DNA of 64,000 bases from Eledone cirrhosa (GCA_964016885.1 OZ024745.1:73594001-73658000), one strand, 5' to 3'; counted from the stretch's first letter, positions 41,319 through 58,732 are shown. Notes: generated by a model not told the origin, from the letters alone. Translations and numbers: made by a program.

Positions 41319-41361
<43 letters not shown>

Positions 41362-42335
41362 GCGATACGGACCATCTTCCTTGATCCAGAAGGTAAGTTG
41401 GTGGTACTGGACGTGACAGACTAGTGACTGCCTATGCCCCGGCAGGGGCAGGACGGTCTAATTTTTCAGACGCCTTCAGACCTTTCTAGGAACGTCCTGA
41501 TCTTTAATGTTAGTGGGAGACTGGAACGGTATCTTGGATGCACGCTGGGACTGTGTGACACTAACAGATAGTGGAGGAGGGTGTAAAAGCCTCGAAAACC
41601 TGCTCAGACGCTTCCAACTGTTTGACAGGTACCGTCTGGATTTCCCGAATGTGCGAATGTGGACAAACCGCATCGAGTAATCCAGATCATATCTAGGGTA
41701 TTTTGTGGGGAAATAGATAGGTATAGCATAGGATGTCCACAATTCAAGATAGTCGACTACACAGACAACAAATATATGATCTGTGTGGTCGACTTAGATA
41801 GGCTTCATAGATATTGGAAGCTGAACGCCTCGCTACCGGCGCGCACAACCTACAGAGACCAGATTAGTGTCTTAGTTAAACGGGCGTGACGGAAGGGGGG
41901 GGGGGGGGGGCGTCAACAGCAAATGGTGGTTCACCCTAAAAAGATAATTAGAATAGAGTCCATTAGGTTCTTTAGCAATAGAGAAAAATAGAGTAGAGGG
42001 CGAACTAGTTAGAAAATTAGACGAGGTGCTTAGTAAAGGCATCGGAACCGACGTGTTTGTAGCGAAATTAGTCCTCGACGAATTTCTTTCAACGCAAAAT
42101 ATGAAGGCTGCGTTGTCAGAGCTAGGGTGCATGCTCTCAGACACGAGGGGAGGAAAGCCGTTCGATGGGCTTGAGCGGCAGACTCGCGTCGTGGCAACAA
42201 AGCCACGAACCCGTCTTTGGACGACCACGACCGGGGGGGGGGGGGCATGTTACACTATCCCGGAAAAATGTGTGCGGTTTTTCAGCGGTACTTCACTCAG
42301 CTGTTCAGAGGCAGCGGCGGACTAGATCGTGGGGT
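41362..42335 (+). mobile_element. Older degenerate APE fragment of the same Tx1-like family
   Basis: Colinear with ~38500-39510, with many indels and poly-G expansions. Confidence 0.88.
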
Positions 42336-42788
42336 TGTTTTTTGTGCGAAACGGCACTCTTTTTCAGAATCTCAATCTGGTGCTCTTCCTCCGAGAGGTA
42401 CTATTAATATATCTAGCTCGCTGTGTTCACATGCCGCATTAAACTTTCAATCAACATATATTCTATAGAAAGATAAAATACAATGATATCAATACAAAAC
42501 ACACTATGTTCGCATTGGTGTAGCAATAAAGAAAAACGATATATGCAACGTATACATGTGTATATGGATATTTACCTACTAAAATGAAAACGATTAAATA
42601 CACAAAACAGTTTCCTCCCAGAATGCAGGCAAATGGTTGATTACACGTCCTTTACATGCAGATATTCCACATGATATTAACAGGATAGGATTTACACTAT
42701 CTTTTTTCTTAAAGATGAAGTGAAAATTTAATTTAAAGAGAGAATATAAGGAGGAATGAGATTTAGAAGTGGGTGGTAACAAAGGAAA

Positions 42789-42866
42789 AAATAAAATAAA
42801 ATAAAATAAAATAAAATAAAATAAAATAAAATAAAATAAAATAAAATAAAATAAAATAAAATAAAA
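42789..42866. repeat. (AAAAT)n microsatellite
   Basis: Directly visible. Confidence 0.95.
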
Positions 42867-43553
42867 AATGAATTATTGAACAAATGAACCAATGACGAAT
42901 GGCATAAGCAACGAAAGTGATACAAATATGCAAAAATAGAGAAGTCTTAGAAATAAATTGGATTGTCAAGCCTTTCATTAAGAATATGGGGGTTACTTAA
43001 ATATAGCTGTTCGCCATTCAAGTTTTAGATCTGTTTTCGAGCTGGTGATACTACAGTAAATGAAATTCATATTGGTTGGGGTAGTAAGAGTGACATAGGA
43101 GTAGTAGTTTTGACGTTTACAATGTTGGTAGCTTTGATGGTGGTAATGGTGTTTCTTTTTGGTGGATGAAGATTTGATAGTGGTAATGAGGGGAGATTCG
43201 TGTCTTCAGAGTCGAGCGATGCATATTATCAATGCAGTAGTGATCATGATGTTTGCACTAGATGGTGGGATGTAATGATAGTAACTGTGGTGATGGTAAC
43301 TATTAAAGTTTATATTCTATTAGGGGTTGTCTATATCGAGTTGATAAAATGGCAATCATTTAGCCAGAGCCACTACAGGTCATGTATTTTTCTGTCCAAA
43401 TATTCGGGAGTTCTTTCCCCTACTACATCTGGAGAACGGTGTTTTACTGTGTCAAATAAAAAATTTTGCACGATATATATGGCCGGACCGATGAATTAAC
43501 AACAATCAAATACGTGTCTCCAACATTCTATATCTATTAGTGTAACAAATACT

Positions 43554-43610
<57 letters not shown>

Positions 43611-43618
<8 letters not shown>

Positions 43619-43827
43619 ATACTTTGGGAGGGTCATGTTGCCAATAAGAAACACACGCACCAGTTGCTTTCACTTCAATTTATTATATATTTGATATTAA
43701 ATAAATTGAAGTGAAAGCAACTGGTGCGTGTGTTTCTTATTGGCAACATGACCCTCCCAAAGTATAACAATATCGGTTTCAACACACGATTTCAGATAAA
43801 GAATCTTGCTAAACAAATCCAGAAACG

Positions 43828-43830
<3 letters not shown>
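43611..43830. mobile_element. Fold-back element: 74-bp arms (43611-43684 / 43700-43773) plus a degenerate minus-strand HHR remnant, between (TA)n tracts
   Basis: The arms are exact reverse complements. The minus strand reads CTGAAAT-CGTGTGTT-GAAA-CCGA-TA into the arm. Tail CCAGTTGCTTTC resembles the CCAGTTGCATTTTC tail family. Confidence 0.75.
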
Positions 43831-43888
<58 letters not shown>

Positions 43889-44329
43889 GTATGTACTGGG
43901 TTGTACAAAATCATATATGGTGAGTATACTATAGACATCATCTGTGAGAACATCCTCAGAATAAAATTCCAAGCAATGCTTATCGTATGTTTCGATATTG
44001 ACGTAATACAGAATTTTGAGCTAAGCATCTGAAGATCAATTTGTTTGCTAGGTCAAATTGTATGCTACAGTTTAGTGATATGTAATTGTTTTGTTGTGTT
44101 GTGTGTTGTGTGTTGTGTGTGAGGCTGCGTGCATTCGCGTGTGTGAAACGATCGTTTGTAGTTCTGATCGTTTGTGTGTAGTTCTGAGCATAAATATATA
44201 ACAACCTCTTAGTTCTTAATTTCATATATTACAAATATACATAGCCGTCTACGAATTTGAATCTATAGAATTTGTGGAAAAAGCAATTAGACATCTATTT
44301 CTCCCCAAGTAGCCAAAATATCAGGCAAA

Positions 44330-44750
44330 AAGCTCTTCAGATCAACAAAATCACAATAGCACCCTAATGTACATTCATACGTAAGTTAACCACAAAAGAA
44401 TGTAATTTTTAAAAAATGTGTCAATATGTATCAGCAAGAGTACAGTTGATTTATTTTCAGATGAAGCCACCTTTACCTTCTATCTCAGAGTACTACAACG
44501 AGGTACTGTCACGTAGATATTATCTTAAATTAATCAAGAACTTACCAACGGCAATTGCCATAAACATTCCAGGAAGATAAATGCTGTATGGTATAACCCA
44601 CCACGTAACCTTAATGTAAAAGACCAGTATGGCAAAACATTTTCTATCTTTAAACAGAAAATATTTCTCGAACGAAAGCAACATAATATTGAATTATAAG
44701 TGCATGAAAAGCATGTTTAGTGGCATTACGAGACTTACTGCAAAAATGTT
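44330..44750 (+). mobile_element. Degenerate PLE RT-thumb/linker fragment
   Basis: RKINAVWYNPPRNLNVKDQYGKTF...NIILNYKCMKSM resembles the PLE motif IIWFNPP.S.NV.TN+GK.F...K+SYSCM.NM. Confidence 0.6.
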
Positions 44751-44776
44751 GTAAATAAACGACAAGAAGTGCATAT

Positions 44777-45245
44777 CCCACACTGTAAAGTCATCGTGTA
44801 GGCGTCAAGTCAAAGAGCGTCCACCCCACACTGTAAAGTGGTCGTGTTGGTGACACGACAAAAACTACGCAGTCCACACTGTAAAGTAGTGGTGTAGGCG
44901 TCACGTCAAAAAGTGCCCAGCCCACACTGTAAAGTGGTCGTGTTGATGGTAAGACATAAAGTGCGCAGTCAACACTGTAAAGTTGTCGTGTTGGTGACAC
45001 GACAAAACGCGGTCAGTTCATATTGTAAAGTGGTCGTGTAGGTGTCACCACAAAAAGCACTCAGTCCACACTGTAAATGTGGTTGGCATTAGGAAGGGGA
45101 TTCGGCCGTAGAAACCAAGCCAAAACCAGTTTTATATGAGCAAGACATGGTCACCTGATGTGACTTATCTCTTAACGGGACAACTCATCTAATCCATGCT
45201 AGCGTGGGAAAATTGACGTAGAAAATTGATGATGATGATGGTGAT
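44777..45245 (+). repeat. 48-bp minisatellite (6 units) leading into the 3' half of the RTE-tailed SINE
   Basis: (C/T)TGTAAA recurs at 44783, 44831, 44879, 44927, 44975, 45023 and 45071, followed by GTGGTTGGCATTAGGAAGGG...(GAT)n. Confidence 0.88.
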
Positions 45246-45952
45246 GAAGAAGGGAGCCAATATATAATTGCCAAAGTATAAAACTTTATTCCCTAAATGG
45301 TAAATGCATAGAAAATGCAATGCATACCATTTTAATATTTTCCCTAATGATACATACACATACTACATTGGACTTACCGAACATAGTTTCAAAAGTCATG
45401 GAGATCACAAAAAAGAACATCATTAAACCAAAACTTTTCGATATATATTTGGAATTCAAAAGACAAAGGAAAGACATTATGTACAAAATATTTGATAAGG
45501 CACACACATTTCAGAAATCATTGAATTTCTGGGATGTCTTTTTCTCACAGAAACTCTAAAGCTTTCACCACAATACTCCTCTCCAAAGAAAAGTGGACTA
45601 GTTTCAAACTACTGACGCATGTCAAATATTTTATCAAGAATTTCAAAGATAACCCTTTGGTTGCACGATAAATGACAGTTCAGACTTCACCAATCACATC
45701 ATTACTTCAAATGTAGTAACCACAGCTTTCACTTCTAAAACTATTAACAATCACTTTTCAATTCGTAGAGTTGATCGAAACTGGTAAGAAAATGTAAGTT
45801 CTGTTCAATCTACATATAAATAAACATAATCTAGATTCAGCAAGCTTCTAACACAAGATTGCTTAAAATTATGGAAAATTTGGAGTATTCAGTAGCACAA
45901 TATCCTGCTTTTAATAAGTATGTTGGTCTACATAACCTAATGTGTCATTCTC

Positions 45953-46510
45953 TTAAAAAAACTCAAGTGGGAGTGTGATTGTGGGTGCGATTTGAGCAGG
46001 GTTTGGTTACTATTTACAGCATATCAAGCTATCATGTAGAGGCTCCTAAGTTAGCTAAGTTAGCTAAATGATTATATTTGATGAAACTCCTTCCCTTAAA
46101 AAAACCCAAGTGAGAGTGTGATTGTGGGTGCGATTTGAACGGGGTTTGGTTACTATTTACAGGATATCAAGCTATCATGTAGAGGCTCCTAAGTTAGCTA
46201 AGTTAGCTAAATGATTATATTTGATGAAAGTCCTTCCCTTAAAAAAACCCAAGTGAGAGTGTGATTGTGGGTGCGATTTGAGCGCGGTTTGGTTACTATT
46301 TACAGCATATCAAGCTATCATGTAGAGGCTCCTAAGTTAGCTAAGTTAGCTAAATGATTATATTTGATGAAAGTCCTTCCCTTAAAAAAAACCCAAGTGA
46401 GAGTGTGATTGTGGGTGCGATTTGAACGGGGTTTGGTTACTATTTACAGCATATTGAGCAATTACGTAGAGGTTCCTAAATTAGTTAAATGATTATATTT
46501 GATGGAAGTA
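45953..46510. repeat. 143-bp tandem repeat, ~3.9 copies
   Basis: CAAGTG at 45964, 46107, 46250 and 46394. The last copy is the most diverged. Confidence 0.95.
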
Positions 46511-46926
46511 CTTTGTTGGAATATTCCATTCCAATTCTTCATCATAAATTATCAGTAATTTCAGAGTTGCTTATAATTTTGTTGACACATCTATCAAAAT
46601 CATTCACCAATGAATAGCTTTTGGTATCTTGGTATTTTTTTTTTATTATATCCATATGTATATGTGTGTGTGTTTGTCTGTGATGGGTATGTGTGCGTGT
46701 GACTGGATGCGTGTGCGTGTGTATGTGTGCGTATGAGTGCGTGTAAAGTGCAGTGAACATTCGATGAATACTTCAGGCAAGTGTTTGTTACCACACGCTT
46801 CTATCACAAACGTGTATCTGTTTTTACCCGAAAGCGTATAGATATAAACTCACACTATATATGCATACGTACAAACAGCCATATGCATGTACATACACAT
46901 ATACATATACGCACACACATACACAT

Positions 46927-46971
<45 letters not shown>

Positions 46972-47328
46972 TAGATATAAAGAGAGGAAAAACAAAAGAT
47001 AGAGAGAGAGAAAAACAAAGACAAGATAACTAAAACAGAGATAGAAAATGAGAGAGGGAGAGAGAAAGAGAAAGAGAAAGGTATAGATAGAAAGAGAGAG
47101 GGGGGAAGAGACAGAAAAGAGAGGGAGAGAAGAGTAAAAGAGATAGTAAACGGGAGACCAAAAACTAGAAAATAGCACATGCATATGCCTATATGTATTT
47201 ATGTATGTATATATGTATGTATGTACGTACGCATGTGTGTGTATGTATAAATGTACGTACGTACGCACGTACGTATATATATATATCTTCGTATGTATGC
47301 ACGTATGTACGCATGAATGTTTGTATGG

Positions 47329-47379
<51 letters not shown>

Positions 47380-47384
47380 TATGC

Positions 47385-47445
<61 letters not shown>

Positions 47446-47461
47446 TATACACATATATATG

Positions 47462-47522
<61 letters not shown>

Positions 47523-47782
47523 GTATGTTAATGTAATATTCATCTAATGTGTAGAAGCGTATGCTGATTTGTATTTGTGATTCTCTATGCTGTATATGAA
47601 GTATACTGTTTTCCGTTTCTGACATATGTCTTCTTCTGTTCACCTGATATCTGTCACAGACAACGCTAGGTCACCATGACCCAGTCAGAATTAATCAAGA
47701 TCTCATAGATTTCATATTTTTGTCGCTATAAATAATAAAACGCCTGATATACCTTTTAATTTTTGGCAAATGTCAGAAACAT

Positions 47783-47826
<44 letters not shown>

Positions 47827-48413
47827 AATACACACATATCTACTTTGAAATGTACTCACACACATACTGACATACACACACATACACATACAGACATACA
47901 TGCAGACACACACACATACACACACATACACAGCCCACACACATATACACGCCCCCCCCCCACACAGACACACAGAGACATGTATATATACACACGCCCA
48001 CACAAACACACAAGCCTAGACACAGATACACACACGCTCCACACACACACACACATACCCACAGATATACACATACACCCACATATACATACACACATGC
48101 CCATAGACATACACACTCACACACCCCCACACATATACATACAGACGCCCACACACATTCATTCAACACACCCACACACACACACATACACACATGCACA
48201 TGTATATATATATAGAGAGAGAGGCATGTATATATGTATATACTGCTGCTTGTGATATTGGTGGCCGATTGACCTACCTCCCTCTGCCTCTATCTTTACT
48301 TCGGCTCTTGAAAAAATTGATTCCACTTCATTTACTCACATCTCGGGAACAGTTTTGGATAGCGCTAGTTCGTAATTTAAATTCAAGAATTTTATATTCT
48401 TCGAATGAAAAGA

Positions 48414-48497
48414 ACCTTCTGACGAAAATCTTTCTTTGCAACGAAGGCCGTATGGTCTCCGTTTATTTTTGAGATTCGAAACCGATTCGGTAAAGGT
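48414..48497 (+). ncRNA. Type I hammerhead ribozyme with extended stem II
   Basis: ACCTT-CTGACGA-AAATCTT...AACGAAGGCC gtat GGTCTCCGTT...GAGATTC-GAAA-CCG att CGG-TA^AAGGT. A tail and (TA)n follow. There is an A.C mismatch at the base of stem II. Confidence 0.85.
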
Positions 48498-48564
48498 AAC
48501 TATAGTAGGTAAAGTCAATTTTTTAAAATTTATTTTGAAACTTTTTCATTATTTGCTAAACCTG

Positions 48565-48645
<81 letters not shown>

Positions 48646-48650
<5 letters not shown>

Positions 48651-48793
48651 ATATTAATAAATGGAAACTATATTTATAAAACCATATTTATTTTATTATA
48701 TATATTTCAAGGGCAACCTTGGTTGCCCATGAAATATATATAATAAAATAAATATGGTTTTATAAATAGAGTTTCCATTTATTAATATATTGT
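48646..48793. repeat. Palindrome with ~73-bp arms centred on GGGCAACC tt GGTTGCCC; a single arm recurs at 61036-61093
   Basis: The arms are reverse complements apart from two substitutions that I saw. Confidence 0.9.
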
Positions 48794-48946
48794 GTACTTA
48801 CTCCACTAAATTGTTGAGTGCTTATATCAGTTATACAAAATGTTTAAGCTTGTTGAATCCCAACAAATTAAATATAACGTCTGCATATATATATATATAT
48901 GTTTAGATTCATTTGTTTCCCCTACCCCCCTCTCTCTTCTTATATA

Positions 48947-48994
48947 CATATTACCACATCTACACACCCAGACACACACACATATATATGCATG

Positions 48995-49042
<48 letters not shown>

Positions 49043-49750
49043 AATGATTCATATAGTACTGATGATAGCTACTAGATCTTCCATTGCCTATTAATTCTCA
49101 ACAAGGATGTGTGCCGCGCTCGACAAAGCAGTGTTTTAAAGGCAAGCAATTTGTATTTCGAGATCTATTCCTCAAAATACCCGGTCAACTTTAGGTTTCA
49201 AGGTGCCCAAAGCTCAAACGAATGTCATCTTTGATTTACTGCATAATGATTTCAACTTCAGCATTATCAACCAGTTTGTTCTCGCTTCAACAGCCAATCA
49301 TAGGGTGATGGATTTTCTGATCTTTGCCTGAAGCTTAGCTGAATGACTAGATGACCGTAAACATATGAGCAGGTAAGAAAAATTACGCTAAAAGTTTAAT
49401 TTTAGCGTAATTTTCCTTACCTGCGCATATGTTTACGGTCATCTAGTCATTCAGCTAAGCTTCAGGCAAAGATCAGAAAATCCATCACCCTATGATTGGC
49501 TGTTGAAGCGAGAACAAACTGGTTGATAATGCTGAAGTTGAAATCATTCTGCAGTAAATCAAAGATGACATTCGTTTGAGCTTTGGGCACGTTGAAACCT
49601 AAAGTTGACCGGGTATTTTGAGGAATAGATCTCGAAATACAAATTGCTTGCCTTTAAAACACTGCTTTGTCAAGCGCGGCACACATCCTTGTTGAGAATT
49701 AATAGGCAATGGAAGATCTAGTAGCTATCATCAGTACTATATAAATCATT

Positions 49751-49802
<52 letters not shown>

Positions 49803-49866
49803 GAGTAGTACATGCATATATATGTGTGTGTGTCTGTGTGTGTGGGTGTGTAGATGTGGTAATATG
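48947..49866. repeat. Large inverted duplication, ~450-bp arms with a 6-nt spacer (49394-49399)
   Basis: The arms include (TAC)n/(GTA)n of unequal length and about 6 substitutions in the unique part. Confidence 0.95.
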
Positions 49867-50008
49867 ATAGTCCAACGCAATTCAGATTGCATCACCGCTC
49901 GTTTATCTAAATATACATACATATTCATGATTTACTCGGATAAATACGCGAAATAAAAAAAAAAAAGATAAAGACAACAGAAAAAGGAAAATGAACAAAT
50001 TTAGCATT

Positions 50009-52432
<2,424 letters not shown>

Positions 52433-52599
52433 ACAATTATCTAACTCTCCATTATATCCTTTACGAACGTTTTATCCTTTCTCCCCAGCGCATAATTCAA
52501 TAATTTTCTTTATTTAAAGACGATGAGTACCTACAAATGCTTTTTGTTTAGACTCTTGCTTCTTCCAATTTTAAACTTACCACAGACGATCTGTATTCA

Positions 52600-52815
52600 C
52601 TAATCGGTAGAGCTTCGGTCAACATACTTTGCAGCATAGAGTTACCCCCCTTTACGTTCTGAGTGCAAATCCCGCCGAGCTTAGCTTTGCCTTTCATCCT
52701 TACAGGGTCGTTAAAATAAAGTACCAGTAATGCACTGTGGTCGAATTAATCGACCCCCCCCCCCGACCCAGAAAAAAAATAAAATTGTTGGCTGTGTACC
52801 TAAATCAGAAGCCAT
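52600..52815 (+). mobile_element. SINE copy, poly-C variant
   Basis: GCCTTTCATCCTTACAGGGTCG core. Confidence 0.82.
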
Positions 52816-53059
52816 TATATTGTTATATACAGAGTGGATAATCATCAGAAGAACATAAACCGAACTTCTCATAAAGTGAAGTTATTAGAATAACAGTATT
52901 TAAATCAAACGAACATATATTAAACGTTTACAGTCACGTGTTAATGTATGGCTTTCCTCCCTCCTTTTTTTTTTTTTTCTAACTTTGTCTGTTGAGGTTT
53001 ATTTTTCAACAGGGTAAAATAGGTGTAGATAAATATTAACAACTATAAGTATTAATGTA

Positions 53060-53272
53060 GTCTGGTAAATAAATATATACATATACACCAGGTCCGAACA
53101 CGATGGAACTAAACCCCCCACCCTCACTGCCTCCGTCCCTTCCGTTATCCCCATCTCTTACTATTATAAACAAATAAGGTCCACGCGCTGGCCGCTCCGT
53201 GACCCTGGCGGACAGAATAGAGATGGCGTTTCCCTGTAGGATGGTGAGGTAGACGCGCTGGAAGAGCCTCTT
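53060..53272 (-). mobile_element. CRE-clade LINE 3' end
   Basis: LFQRVYLTILQGNAISILS matches the CRE C-terminal LFQR.S+A+QRGNA motif. The 3' UTR is homologous to 56740-56920. Confidence 0.7.
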
Positions 53273-54199
53273 CCTTATTCAAAGCTGTGGAGTACCACGC
53301 TAGCCTGGTATGCAACGCTTCATACTCGTAATCCAAGAATTCGGGGTTATATTTAACGGTTTCAGATAAGAAAATTTGATTTCTAAATTGAAACAAGAAA
53401 GGTGATAGTAGTAGAGTTTGACTTAATGAGAAAATGATTTGGTTCTCTGTCCATATAGATTTTTTAAAGGTATAGTACACAAAAATACTTGCAAATTCAC
53501 TGAAACTTTCAGAAAATTATGCTTTAAGATGTTAAAACAAGATATAGATCTCACATGACGTAATTTTCATCTCAATAAAATAATAAAGACACCCACGTTT
53601 TGTACCGCCGTTTCAATCACCCTTAAATACTATTTCATTTACTATTTCTGTGTGAAAGCATACTTAAATGTTTTGAAAAACGCATATTTTAATACAATAT
53701 TTAATCTGGATGCAGAATAATATTGTCATATGATTGATTGAGAGGACTGGTTTGAAGTTAACTGACTTACTTCACTCAGGCTTCCTAATATACTCAGGCT
53801 TCCTAATGTTATTAAAACAAAATTCCAAGAACATTTGCTGGCGTAAATCTCACAACAGGACACAAATATACATAAAATGTAATAGACTGCAACACTCAGA
53901 ATATGAAAACATGCATATATCTGAGGTAAATGTTATCTTGTTGAAGAATAATATCTTGAATACTCCTTCAATGAATGAAACTCCGTAGCCCAGGGTGGCC
54001 GTTGGTGCAAAAAAAAAAAAAAAGACTGAAAACACTCTAGTTACATTTTTATAAACTCCGGAGTGATACGGAGACAAATATTTTGTTGTTTGTTTCAGTC
54101 ATTAGATAAGATAGTAAAATTTATATAATAAATATTGAAGGGAAAAAAGATAGAAAATAAAAGAGAAATTAAGCAACGAAATAAAATGAAAGTAGGGAC

Positions 54200-54390
54200 A
54201 AAGCGACAGACTGCACATCCCAGTCCCAGCGACATATTTCAGCTGCGCAACACAGTGAAAATGGCAAAGCATTGCCGCGGAGAATGAGCAGCAAAACTCG
54301 CTGGAACAACCACCCTACCTCGCGGATCTCCTTCCTCAGGCAACTCGGGTATTTAATTCGTATGAAGCTGCAGTGGTCGTATACGACCCT
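54200..54390 (-). mobile_element. CRE-clade LINE C-terminal fragment
   Basis: REVGWLFQRVLLLILRGNA. Confidence 0.65.
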
Positions 54391-55919
54391 CTAAAGTATT
54401 TAAATGTTTATAAGATGGGTTTCAGATTTCCACAAGGAATTGTAATTATGTGGAACTTCTAAATAATTTTCAAGAAATAACTAACATTGATGCCATCATT
54501 CTTCGTAATGTTGATAGTGTAATACTATATTATTCTTTAATCTTTTGAAGAAATCTCAATAATATCGCTTTAAAACTGATAAGCGCTCAATTGAAATAAT
54601 TCTCAAGACATATTTTTGTCATTCGGTTTGTTAAAGAAATCCTAAACGAATTCTCAAACCAATATTCAATAAATTGGTTTTGTCATTTGTAACTACTTTT
54701 ATATTATTTCTTTATTCATAATTTTCTGGTTTTGTACTTATTTTCATTCGAGAGGGTTAATTTTAATTTTATAAAATAAAATAGTTATTTTCCCTCAAGT
54801 ACACTTGAAAATTTCAGTATTACTCCTCTACTAACATATTCACTTATTCACTTTCTGTATAACACCCCCTCTTTATTATTAATGTTAATATATGGAAATT
54901 AGATTGTAAAAATCACTACCAACAACAAAACAAAACACCATCGGATGTTGTGAAACTGAATAAAATATGCTATCGTATCGATAGGTTGTCGATAACCATG
55001 AATTATTAATCACAATTTCTTTGATTAATACAAAGACGTATAGCTAGCATTTTTGCTTATATTTCTATCACCAAATCTACACCGAATCAGATTCATGTGT
55101 AATAAGCTCCCAGCCATTTTATTGGCTGAAATTCTCTTTCTAACAAGCATGCACACTTTTCTTTCTTTCTTTCTTTCTTTCTTTCTCCTTCGCCCTCTCT
55201 CTTAGATTGCTGACTTTCTCTGCTGTTTTAAATCCACTCCCCTTCTTTACATTTCCCCCTTTCCTTTCTATATCCCGGATTCCCCCAAGTCTTTGATTCT
55301 TATTGTTATTAAACCGGGAATTGTGTTGCTTTAAATCATTAAATTGGAAGCATAAATTTATTACAGAACTGAAGAAGACGAGAAATATAAGGAGGGGACA
55401 AAACTGTAGCAAACCTAAGAAAATGAATAAACAATGTCAACAAAACTAACAATAACACAATGCTATCAGTAGAGCAAATGTATCATCGTTTTATCATTTG
55501 GATTTGACACAGGAAATAGTTTATTTGAGATCTTTAGATACCAATGATTTTTCCTTTTATAGCAACGGTGATGGCTCAGCCGAGAAAGAGTCAGATTTTA
55601 TGTTTTATGATATCGAATGATTAGTGTTTCTTGTTATTGATTTCAAATCTAACCGGGGTTAATTCAAACCATCATTTAACCGAGGTTGATGAAACAAATA
55701 ATAACAATATCGTGTGATCGATTCAAGCAGATTTCCATTTCTCCTTATTAAGAAAAGAAGGGGTGCAAATCTTGTCCCTAATCAAAAGAAAACACCCTAA
55801 TAACCCCAGAGACTGTCCTTTTCTACTTCAGCTTATTTCTCTGCTAACTTCACTTTCTCCGTTTCCATTCCCTACTACCACAATTTCTATTGTATCGATT
55901 ATTATAACAATCTCTCTTT

Positions 55920-58265
<2,346 letters not shown>

Positions 58266-58732
58266 ACAGAAAGAAACATTACCAATATAACTGAATGAGT
58301 TGTCTTGTTCGGACACTGCGCATGCTCAATACAGTCTGTGATTCTTAACAACCGGGTGGTGTTGAAGAGATAGAAACATGGAGTCAATGAAACCGTTGTC
58401 ATGGTAGCGTGTACTCGAGTGCAGCATGTACACTGTTATCGATGGTGCCGTTAGCAGCGATTGTTGTAGAGGATGGGAGAAAGAGAGAAGAGGGAGAGAA
58501 AGAGAGAGAGAGAGAGAGAGAGGGGAGAGAGGGGAGAGAGATGAGTTGAGAGAGAGAAATGCAGAGAGAGAGAGAGAGAGAGAGGGGGGAGAGAGAGAAA
58601 GGTTCAAGAAAGAATCAAATGGTTGAAGGAAGACAGACAAAATAAAAGGCAAATGAAATGAAATAAGGAAGAAACGAAGGAATGATGAAAGGAAAGAAAG
58701 ATAATTTGATAGACAGAAAGATATACATGCAT

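Larger units (their letters stand above)
35904..41361 (+). mobile_element. Young Tx1/L1-clade LINE between (ATT)n tracts, internally deleted in RT
   Basis: ORF1, APE-RT ORF2, C-terminal zinc finger, 3' UTR with AATAAA and (ATT)n tail. GC content is much higher than the flanks. Confidence 0.93.

Noticed and set aside
44024-44160. CTGAAGA...GAAA-CGATCG-TT as a long hammerhead
   Set aside because: Stem I is out of register and stem II is occupied by simple repeat, so it is too degraded to call.
44777-45080. CRISPR-like repeat-spacer appearance
   Set aside because: The context is eukaryotic, the apparent spacers are homologous to each other, and there are no cas genes.
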